DNA of 64,000 nt from a virus (taxonomy: Duplodnaviria; Caudoviricetes), in the IMG/VR virus record IMGVR_UViG_3300020576_002081, positions 1 through 64,000 of that record; one strand, written 5' to 3'. Shown one piece after another: positions 29,242 through 38,300 of this stretch. The notes below the pieces were generated by a model that was not told the DNA's origin, did no database searches, and saw only the letters and a list, made by a program, of their open reading frames with translations. The stretch's first letter is position 1; each line of letters starts with the position of its first letter. The translations under genes were made by a program, and so were the position numbers.

Positions 29242-30234
29242 ATGAAAACATTAAATTTAATTGACTTAGAGAAGTCTGATATTAAATATAAAATAAGTAA
29301 ATTTCCTGATGGTCAACAAAATATTGTTATTGATAATTCTCCTGATATAGATGGAGATAAATTACCAGGTTATTATTATTTAGCTGGTCGAAGTAGAATA
29401 TATACTAAAGAAAGTATAACAATTAAATCACGTCTAAACAACTGGTTAGACTTAGAGCTAATCAGTTGTTCTATAGCTTGTTTAAAAGAATTAGGAGTAA
29501 AAGAAATACACTTGTACGTACCTTATATAGTAGGTGCTAGAAGTGATAGAAAGTTTACTGAAGGTTCTAACAACTATTTAAGAGATGTTATATGTCCTAT
29601 ATTAACTAGTATGCAATTTGAAACAATAACTTGCTTAGATGCTCATTCTTATTGTTTAGAAATGGGATTAAAAAATCTTAAAGTTATTAGTAATGAAAAC
29701 TTAGTTAAGTGGGCCACATTAGATTTATATGATGCAATTGAAGAAAAAGGTCCTAACTCAAACTACCCTTGTATATTAGTATCACCAGATGCTGGAGCTT
29801 CACATAAAATCTATAAATTAGCTAAACAAATTGGTTATAAAGGAGATATTATTACTTGTTCTAAAGAAAGAGATACTGATGGTAAATTAACTAAAACGGT
29901 TGTACCTATTACTGATTCAATAATTAAATCTAAAAAAGATTATATTATTATTGATGATATTTGTGATGGTGGTGCTACATTTATTAATATTGCAAAAGAA
30001 ATTAAATCTACTTTTAGTATTTATAGTAAAACAGAAAAACCTAAAATCTACCTCATAGTAACTCATGGTATATTCTCTAAAGGTTTTGATGAATTATCTA
30101 AATACTTTGATGGTATTTATTGTACTAATAGTTATAAGGATGTTCCTAAATATTATACATCAATAATAAGTGGGGAACAATATCCAGTAAATAAAATAAC
30201 TAATGAATTAATTAATCAATTAAACGTATTTTAA
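29242..30234 (+). CDS. prs: Ribose-phosphate pyrophosphokinase-like (Prs / NARP1 Adps-like)
   Basis: FPDGQ, YVPY..GARSDR, DAHS, SPDAGA, IIDDICDGGATF, VTHGIF. Confidence 0.9.
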   Translation: MKTLNLIDLEKSDIKYKISKFPDGQQNIVIDNSPDIDGDKLPGYYYLAGRSRIYTKESITIKSRLNNWLDLELISCSIACLKELGVKEIHLYVPYIVGARSDRKFTEGSNNYLRDVICPILTSMQFETITCLDAHSYCLEMGLKNLKVISNENLVKWATLDLYDAIEEKGPNSNYPCILVSPDAGASHKIYKLAKQIGYKGDIITCSKERDTDGKLTKTVVPITDSIIKSKKDYIIIDDICDGGATFINIAKEIKSTFSIYSKTEKPKIYLIVTHGIFSKGFDELSKYFDGIYCTNSYKDVPKYYTSIISGEQYPVNKITNELINQLNVF

Positions 30235-30235
30235 A

Positions 30236-30493
30236 ATGAGTGTAACAAAACAATTAACTTCATTAGCTGCTGGTTTAGCTGCAGGAAGTTATACAAATGA
30301 TTATGTACTTGAACAATTAGGTGGTGATAAATCACTTTTTGATAGAGTATTAGGAATGGCTGCTGGACTTGGAGTAGGTTCAGTAGCCTCAAGTGTAACC
30401 AAATCAATATTAGATTCCGATATTGTTGATGATAGTCCTATAGGAGATATTATTGATAGTGTAGATGATTTTATTGGTGATATTTTTGACTAA
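30236..30493 (+). CDS. Small Gly/Ala-rich protein (glycine-zipper-like)
   Basis: LAAGLAAG and GMAAGLGVG repeats; acidic C-terminus. Confidence 0.7.
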   Translation: MSVTKQLTSLAAGLAAGSYTNDYVLEQLGGDKSLFDRVLGMAAGLGVGSVASSVTKSILDSDIVDDSPIGDIIDSVDDFIGDIFD

Positions 30494-30494
30494 A

Positions 30495-30950
30495 ATGAGA
30501 TTAGAAGATAATTTAAATAAATATGAACAACGATTACTTCAGGAATGGAGAATGTATGGTAAAATAATCATCGGTGTAGATTTTGATGACACAATATGTG
30601 CATGGAAATTTAAAAGTGATGATGATTTAATAATGATTAGTAAAACAATAGACTTGCTTAAAATGGCTAAATCTGTTGGTGCTTATATAGTTATATTTAC
30701 AGCTTCTCCTCCTGAAAGAAACCCTGAAATACAAGAGTATTGTGAAAAAGTTAAATTACCAATTGATACAATCAATATCACTCCTTTTGAAATACCAGAA
30801 GGATATGGTAAACATGGTAAAATATATGCAAATATTTTCATTGATGATAGAGCTGGTTTACTAGAAACTATCAATACTTTAGAAAAAATAACTCGAATCA
30901 TGATGGGAGATAATATGAAAAAATTAACATTAGGAGAAGAAGTACAATGA
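30495..30950 (+). CDS. HAD-superfamily hydrolase
   Basis: VDFDDT, IFTAS, K, IFIDDRAG. Likely ATG at 30495. Confidence 0.82.
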   Translation: MRLEDNLNKYEQRLLQEWRMYGKIIIGVDFDDTICAWKFKSDDDLIMISKTIDLLKMAKSVGAYIVIFTASPPERNPEIQEYCEKVKLPIDTINITPFEIPEGYGKHGKIYANIFIDDRAGLLETINTLEKITRIMMGDNMKKLTLGEEVQ

Positions 30951-31432
30951 AAATATATGTAAAAACACAAGAAAAATTTAAAAATCATAAAGAATTAATA
31001 AAATTTTTATTTAAAATTTATACAACGAATGGTTTTCCTGAAACATATTCTAATAAAGAATGTACTGTTTTACAGTGTGAAGCTAATAAAATGAGAAGTT
31101 TTGATAATATATACTATATTGTTAAAACATATTTCCCAATAATTAGTCATAAAACTGTTTTTAAAACATTATTACTTTGTAGAAGAAAATCTGGAAACTA
31201 TTACAATTATCCTAATTTAGGATGTTGTGGTACAATGCGTAGAATTAGATTTACATTTGCTTATGATACTGAAGCTAATTTTCCAAAAACTTTACATCAT
31301 TCAATTTTAAATATACAATCATATGAGTCTTTATGGTCTTGGGGAGATTTAGCATCATCAATAGGTATTACAACTATAGAAAGTATTAATGAATTTTTTA
31401 AAAATAATAAAAATAATTTAATTATAATTTAA
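30947..31432 (+). CDS. Hypothetical protein; paralog of the 27871 C-terminal domain
   Basis: KMRSFDNIYYIVKTYFP...CCGTMRRIRF. Confidence 0.72.
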   Translation: MKIYVKTQEKFKNHKELIKFLFKIYTTNGFPETYSNKECTVLQCEANKMRSFDNIYYIVKTYFPIISHKTVFKTLLLCRRKSGNYYNYPNLGCCGTMRRIRFTFAYDTEANFPKTLHHSILNIQSYESLWSWGDLASSIGITTIESINEFFKNNKNNLIII

Positions 31433-31433
31433 T

Positions 31434-32312
31434 ATGTCATTTAAAATAAATAGTCTATACTTAACTGATGGTTACAAAGTAGGACATCAAAAAATGTTAG
31501 CTCCAGGTACTACTAAATTATATGGTACTTGGATTCCACGTTCAACTAAACATGCACCAAAAGGTATTACTAAAATAGTATCATTTGGACAGCAATTAGT
31601 TTGGAAATGGTTACATGATGAATTTGAGGAGAATTTCTTCCTTACTGAATTAAGAGGAGTAGGTGGATATGCTGCTTTAAAACACAAAGAAAGCTTAAAA
31701 CAAAAAGCACTTCAATTTATCAAAGATATGTCTTTATACTTAGGTATGGAGTATGATGGTAAGCATTTTGAAGAATTGTGGGATTTAGGTTACTTACCTA
31801 TTAAAGTAAAAGCTTTACCAGAGGGTATTGAAACTAACCCGAATATTCCTCATATGACCTTTGTAAATACAGTTGATGGATTTGCATGGTTAACTTTATA
31901 TCTTGAAACAATAGTATCATCATTAGCTTGGAAACCGAGTACAGCAGCTACTATTGCTAAGTTATATCGTAGACAATGTGAAGAATGGGTTATGAAAACC
32001 GATCCTAAACAAGCTTATTTAATTGATTGGATGTGTCATGATTTCTCTGCTAGAGGATTAGACCCAATGAGTCAATATTTAATTGGTTTAGGTCATACTA
32101 CTTCATTTAAAGGTAGTGATACTTTACCTGTAATACCTGCAAGTAGATATTTCTATGGAGTTAAAGAAGATGAAATGCCTATATTTTCAGTAAATGCAAG
32201 TGAGCATAGTTGCTCATGCACTAAAATATTTGCAGAAGCAGAAAAGTATTCACAAGTAGAGGAAATGTTTGACGAAGTGACTAATTCTTGGAAACCAGTA
32301 AAATATTTTTAA
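31434..32312 (+). CDS. nadV: Nicotinamide phosphoribosyltransferase-like (NAMPT/Namat), N-terminal half
   Basis: LTDGYKVGH, LPIKVKALPEG, WLTLYLET, HDFSARG, GSDT, ASEHS, then a stop. Confidence 0.92.
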   Translation: MSFKINSLYLTDGYKVGHQKMLAPGTTKLYGTWIPRSTKHAPKGITKIVSFGQQLVWKWLHDEFEENFFLTELRGVGGYAALKHKESLKQKALQFIKDMSLYLGMEYDGKHFEELWDLGYLPIKVKALPEGIETNPNIPHMTFVNTVDGFAWLTLYLETIVSSLAWKPSTAATIAKLYRRQCEEWVMKTDPKQAYLIDWMCHDFSARGLDPMSQYLIGLGHTTSFKGSDTLPVIPASRYFYGVKEDEMPIFSVNASEHSCSCTKIFAEAEKYSQVEEMFDEVTNSWKPVKYF

Positions 32313-32638
32313 TTATGAGTACAACATTCGGAATAAAAGTAAATCCTGAATTGACAGGTTATCCTGAAAAAACTTGGAGTAAAAATTTCAGATATTGGAC
32401 AGAAGAAGAAAACCAATATGATAATGGCGTTTATAAAATAGCATTTAGATTTTTTGGAGGCAAAAAATATGGGGCTATTATGTATTTTACTTGTCCTATA
32501 GCCCATTTATTACCTCTTAACACCCCTGTAATTGCTTTAGATAATACTGCTGGGGATATTGAAACAATAGGAGATATAATTGAACACATTAAAAATCAAA
32601 AAGAGTATCCTGAACAGTTATTAGCAAATAGTGAATAA
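32288..32638 (+). CDS. Hypothetical protein inserted between the NAMPT halves
   Basis: ORF (likely ATG at 32316); no nuclease motif seen. Confidence 0.7.
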   Translation: METSKIFLIMSTTFGIKVNPELTGYPEKTWSKNFRYWTEEENQYDNGVYKIAFRFFGGKKYGAIMYFTCPIAHLLPLNTPVIALDNTAGDIETIGDIIEHIKNQKEYPEQLLANSE

Positions 32639-32680
32639 TTTTGTAAATACCAAATTATTTAACAATTATTTTAATAAAAC

Positions 32681-33049
32681 ATGGAAATAAAAATTGAAGA
32701 TTATCTTTCGGAAGAAGAAATCAAAGAAATAGTTAAAGAAGAAATTAAAAAACACATTAGAAATTGTGTTGGAGAAGTTTCTGTATCTCAAGATAAGGCA
32801 AGAGTTATGTTATCAGTAATGGCGAAACAAATAGCTAGAGATGGTATTCAAGGACTTATACCTAATTTTAAAGAATCTTTAAATGAACATATTAAAGAAG
32901 AAATTAAAAACTTGAAATTACATGATTTCTTTACTCATAATATGGGATGGAGAAGTGATGGTAATAAATTAATTAATTCTATTTTGTCTGATAATAAAGC
33001 GTTAATTGATGCTAAAATTAAAGAAATATTTAAAACATTAGAAAAATGA
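32681..33049 (+). CDS. Hypothetical helical protein inserted between the NAMPT halves
   Basis: ORF; its stop overlaps the NAMPT-C start (ATGA). Confidence 0.8.
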   Translation: MEIKIEDYLSEEEIKEIVKEEIKKHIRNCVGEVSVSQDKARVMLSVMAKQIARDGIQGLIPNFKESLNEHIKEEIKNLKLHDFFTHNMGWRSDGNKLINSILSDNKALIDAKIKEIFKTLEK

Positions 33050-33985
33050 AAACAAGAATTAGACAATTAACAGAACAAGAAAAGCGTTCAAGAGGAGAAC
33101 AACAAATGATTGCAGATTGGCTTAAAATCTTTCCTAAAGGTATTTTAAGCATAGTTTCAGATACATTTGATTTATGGAAACTAATTACTGAATATCTACC
33201 TGCTAATAAAAAAGCTATAATGGATAGAGGTCACATTGAAGTAATTAAATTACCATTATTTAATGGAAAACCTACATATTGTGGTAAAGATTGGGCTATT
33301 GGTGATACATTAATTAAAATAGGAACAGCTCATCAATTAGGATATTGGAGCGAAAATGATGACCCTGACGATAATGTTTATCAAAACCAAAGAACTAAAG
33401 AAACTATAAACTTAACTTTATTAAATGATAAAGGTTCTGAGTATTTTAAATATATTCCTGGTAAATTAGTAATTAGACCTGATAGTGGTGACCCTGTTGA
33501 TATTATTTGTGGATTAAATATTCCTGAATTTAAAGATGAATCTGAAATTAGAGATTGTTTTTATAATATAGATGAAAATAAAGAATTTATTTTTAAATAT
33601 AAAGAACAATTTTATATAGTTAATTCTAATTATACTATTGAAGAACATATCAGAGAGTATGGACAAGAACATTGGAATAAATGGAAAACTTTGTTTGATG
33701 CTGTTGAAAGATATGGTTATGTAGAAATTTATAAACCTAAATTTTCTATATCTGAACAAAAAGGTGTAATTGAACTACTTTGGGACATCTTTGGTGGTAC
33801 TGTAAATGAACAAGGTTATAAAGTATTAGATCCTCATATTGGAGCAATATATGGTGATAGTATTACACCTGAACGTCAAAAACAAATCTATGAAAGATTA
33901 GCAGCTAAAGGTTTTGCAGCTACTAATATTGTATTAGGTGTAGGTAGTTTTACTTATCAATATAATACTAGAGATACATTAGGGT
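33046..33985 (+). CDS. nadV: NAMPT/Namat C-terminal half, exon 1
   Basis: SIVSDTFDLW, VIRPDSGDP, KGVIELLW, IYGDSIT, GVGSFTYQY.TRDTLG. Confidence 0.92.
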
Positions 33986-34220
33986 TGAGTTTTCACAACT
34001 GCGAGCCCCCTTATACAGTAATGTATATTGAATAATTGGAAGAATTGCTGGGAAGTGTTTAAAATCATTATCAGCAGCCGAGCTTTAGGGAAGACTAAAG
34101 AAGGTTCAGAGACTAGGGACACTACGGTGAGCCCACAGCATCCAACTACTTGTAAATCAAGTAGATGATATAGTCCAATAAAATTTAACATATGGAATAA
34201 ACTAAGTAACCTATAAAGTG
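33986..34220 (+). mobile_element. Minimal group I intron without ORF (235 nt) in NAMPT-C
   Basis: P1 exon GGGU / intron GCCC. Core GAATTGCTGGGAA, ATCAGCAGCCGAGC, GGTTCAGAGACTA, GATATAGTCC; terminal G. Splicing gives TLG-F-AAKGAWFE. Confidence 0.93.
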
Positions 34221-34552
34221 TCGCAGCTAAAGGTGCTTGGTTTGAAGTTGAAACTTGTAGTAGAGAAGATTGTAATGGTAGTTCTTGTAAAGCTGAAAGA
34301 GGTTCTATTTGTAAACATCATTCTAAAAAATCATACAATATCTACAAAGACCCAGTAACAGATGATGGTACTAAGAAGTCTTTGAAAGGATTGTTAGCTG
34401 TATTTAAAGATGATAAACATGATTACTTTGTTCAAACTGAATGTGCTGGAGAATTAGAAAATTCAGGAGAATTACAACTAATCTATGAAGACGGTAAGTT
34501 TTATAATCAAACAACATTAGAAGAAATAAGAAACAAATTAAATAAAATTTAA
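34221..34552 (+). CDS. nadV: NAMPT/Namat C-terminal half, exon 2 (absent from ORF track)
   Basis: Manual translation: AAKGAWFEV...IYKDPVTDDGTKKSLKGLL...YEDGKFYNQTTLEEIRNKL, stop at 34550-34552. Confidence 0.92.
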
Positions 34553-34562
34553 AATAAATAAT

Positions 34563-35054
34563 ATGTCTGAAAATAGTAAAATCATGGCTGATAAAGTAAA
34601 AGTTAATGCTGTAAAAGTTAATCCTTTAAAAAAGAAGGAAATATTAAAATATAAAGATCTTGATTATAATGTTGAATATTCAACTTTAGAAGAATTAGTA
34701 AAGCCTTTAATTTCACGGATTATAGAAGATGAAGATCAATGTAGGAACAACCTTTTGTTTTCTAAGAAAAAATTTTCTTTTAGAATTACACAATTAGAAC
34801 ATTGTTGTGGAATTAGTGAATTGGGTGGTTTTATTGTTGATAGAACTATAAATATAGAAGATTTAGCTAACTTCTTTGATTTATTAGTTGCTGGTATTAC
34901 AAATCATACTTTAATTATTAATACTAATGGTATTGATGATTCTAAAACTTTAGAAACAGCATTAGTTAAATGTAAAAATTGGACTGCTGTTAAAAAATTT
35001 AAAAACCATAATTCAAGAAACATGATAACAATCTGGATTAGTAATAATCCTTAA
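34563..35054 (+). CDS. Hypothetical protein, paralog family with 8376 and 28757 (possible GNAT-like fold)
   Basis: FRITQLEHCCG...FKNHNSRNMITIW. Confidence 0.75.
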   Translation: MSENSKIMADKVKVNAVKVNPLKKKEILKYKDLDYNVEYSTLEELVKPLISRIIEDEDQCRNNLLFSKKKFSFRITQLEHCCGISELGGFIVDRTINIEDLANFFDLLVAGITNHTLIINTNGIDDSKTLETALVKCKNWTAVKKFKNHNSRNMITIWISNNP

Positions 35055-35078
35055 TAACAAATAAAAAACAAACAACAA

Positions 35079-35273
35079 ATGAAAACAAAAAACAACAAAT
35101 CAGCAAACAAATCAAAAAGTCTTAACAGTCACGTTAAAGTAGCTAAAGGTGTATATCGTACACTAAGTGGAAATTATGCAGTAAGACCAACAGTAAATGG
35201 AGTACGTTTACATGTAACTTTTACTAACATGAAACAAGCTAAAGCATACTATAAAACAGTTGTTAATTCTTAA
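35079..35273 (+). CDS. Small basic protein, AP2/integrase-arm-like DNA-binding domain
   Basis: KGVYR..SGNYAVRPTVNG.RLH.TF....AKAY: three-strand-plus-helix pattern. Confidence 0.55.
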   Translation: MKTKNNKSANKSKSLNSHVKVAKGVYRTLSGNYAVRPTVNGVRLHVTFTNMKQAKAYYKTVVNS

Positions 35274-35278
35274 TTAAT

Positions 35279-35317
35279 AAAACACCCCTACTACATTTTG
35301 TAACAGGGGTGTTTTTT
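35279..35317. terminator. Bidirectional terminator at the junction of the convergent modules
   Basis: AAAACACCCCT/AGGGGTGTTTT 11-bp stem with A/T tails on both sides. Confidence 0.85.
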
Positions 35318-35341
35318 ATTAGTACCGTAAATATTTAATTG

Positions 35342-38300
35342 TTATTTTTGATAAGGGTCTTTATTCCAAAGTCTAGCAAAATCTGCTATTGGTTTAATTA
35401 CAGGAGTTACATTAATTAAACTGGCTAATTCTTTATTTTCACCTTTAAATCTACCTCTTTTAAATTTATCACCAGTAATTACTGATGGAGTATATTCTAT
35501 AACTTTAATTAAATCTTGAGCTGTCTTAAGCATTGGAACACTAAGTTTTGCAGGATCTGTTAACGCTTTAGGGTTATAAAAATACATTAAATCACCACTA
35601 ATTTGATTTAATTGACTCATTAAAAACTTATATGTTGGATCTTTACGTTTTTTATCATCATCAAATCCTATACCTGCTAATACCGTACCTAATAGTAAGG
35701 TTAATTCAATCATATTCTTACGCATATTATAAACATCAGTTTCATTAAAAGAATACTTTTCAATATTCTCAACATCATTCTGAAATTTAGCTATCATATA
35801 ATTAAATCCTTTAATATAAGTACGATATCTACCTTCAATCTCAACATCTAATCTTTCATCAAATCTTTTACCACCAAATCTAGATTCAATTGCTGCAGGT
35901 ATCCATTTTTTAAATTGAAAAGCGGCTCTAAATAAACTATATTGAGTTAAAGCAGCAGCATCTTTTTGAGAATATCTACCATGAATTAATTGATTAATTC
36001 TATGTATTTTATTAGTAGTTTTAAATATAAAATTATCATCTAACTCATAACCCATTAATTCAGAATTCCATTCACCACTTTCATTGAAAGCTTCCCACAT
36101 GCTTATGGTATTACCTTCTTTAGTAGTAACTTTATTATGTAATAACAAAGCAATCATAGTACTAGTTTGCATTTGTTTTTCACCCATTCTTTGAGGTAAA
36201 TACATTAAAGATTTAATCTTATCTTTATATTCATTAGAACCTACATTAATCTTTTCAAGATTTTCATAATCATCTAATTCCATTAAAGGATTAAATTTAG
36301 CTGCTAATTTATTAAGTTTAGAATCATTCACTAAATTCTCTTTAGAAAATATTTTAATAGCTTCTAAATATTCTTTAGTAGTAAAATGTCTACCTCCAAC
36401 AGCTTCAATTAAGTTACCTATATTACCTATAATAAAGTTTACAGACGCATTAAAAGGATTCAAACCAATTCTTAATAATGATGTATACTTAAGCATAAAA
36501 TCAATATGAGGAGCATATTTCTCTTCACGTTTCATCTCACCTAATACTTGCATTTTAATAAATGAATCAATCATTTCATTAAGTTTAGTATCTTCACCAT
36601 ATACTGATTTATTCTTATTAGTATTCTTAATAAATTCTTGTTGTTTAACTAACTCTTGAAACAATCTTGCTTTAGGTAAAACATCAGTCATTTCTTCATA
36701 TGAATTAGCAAAATAAGCATATTTAAGTAAAACACTACCTAAATCTTTAGATTTAATATCTTTACTTAATTTACCTAAGTATTTAACAGGTACACTATCC
36801 TTTTCAAGATTTTCATCAAATATTCTATCATTATCAGAATAATCATTAATTTCTAACATATGATTTGCACCATCTTTTAATTTAGATAACATAGTCTTAT
36901 CAGACTTCATTATATCCATCAAAGTTCTTTCAACTATATTAGGTATAAAATTAGAATTTTGTTTATATTGTTCAGGTAATTTATCATTAACCTCGGCAAT
37001 TATTCCTTTAAAGAAATTATAAAATTCTTTTAATTCTTTAGTATTTTGAATAGTTTCATAATCCTTATTATTATACTTATTATCTCTAGGTATAAATTCT
37101 TTAGTAGCAGAATTATACGTAGCTAATTTACTTCTTATTAAGAAACCATTAGGTTCTTTAAAAGAATCAGATATTTTTTTATAGAATTCGGTTGTATAAG
37201 GTTTAGTTAAAACTAAAGTACCTTTATGTTCTTGTAAGAAAATTTTATAAATATCTGTACCAGATAAACCTCTAGATTTTTGATAATCAGTTAACTTATT
37301 AACAGCATTATTAATTCTTTCAAAAGACTTCTTATTTTCAACTTCAATCTTATTCTGAGCCTTTTTAATTAATAACCCTATAGTTTTACCTAAATAGTTT
37401 TTAACATCAGCTAATGTACCAAAATTAGCTTCTGCAGCTGAAATATCAGTATCTAATTGATTAAATATACTTTCATCAAATTCTTTACCAGTTAATCCTT
37501 GCATTTCATCTAAAACAAACACTTTAGCGAATTGTAAAGTATCATTTAATAATATACCTACTCTATCTTTAACACCAATCATATTTTCAAACATGTGTAA
37601 AACTTTAACAGTTCTTTCAATCTTATCTACATTAGGTTTATTACCAGATTCTACAACTTGTTTAAGTTTATTAACATACTCTTCAATCTCATCTAAAGTT
37701 TCATTAGCAAGATTTAAAAGTACTTGTTTATTACCATTTTCACTAATTTCTTTTAAACTAGCTTCAATTTTAAGTATTTTTTCATTGGTTTTTAAGAATT
37801 CATCACTAGAAGGTTCTAATTTAGACAAATCTGATTTTAATTTACCTAATAATCCTTTATAATATACATATTGAGGTCTAATATCTTTAGCTATGATATT
37901 CTTATTATTAACACTAAACATCTTAATAAAAAGGTCTGTACTCTCAACTTCTTTAGTTGAAAGTATCATTTTAGCTAATTCTTTAGATAAATTATCAAGT
38001 TCAGACTGTATATTATAGTTTGGTTTAAATAACCTTACAAAAGCATCTAACATTCTTTTTATAGTTTCCCATAAAGCAAAACCAGGTTCATTTAACAATT
38101 CTTCAGGTGTATTAGCTTCAGCTATAACTTTAGCTACTAATTTACCTAAATATTCGTGTTTTAAGAGAGTTTCATCATTATTATATGTATCTATATAGGT
38201 TTGACCTAAAAAGCCTCTATAATCGACTTTATTCATTAAATTAAAGGCTCTTTTAACTAATGTATGATCTTCGCCCAAAGCTAATGTTAAATAATGAGCT

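Noticed and set aside
32640-32680. Promoter-like TTTG plus AT spacer between the two inserted ORFs (similar ones at 5271 and ~58070)
   Set aside because: No TAnnTTTG at the 19-21 nt spacing; indistinguishable from AT-rich background.
32312-33046. Gap between the NAMPT halves as a group I/II intron or intein
   Set aside because: No AATTGCTGG/GACTA/ATAGTC core or group II end motifs; it holds two ordinary ORFs, and the C-half has its own coupled start.
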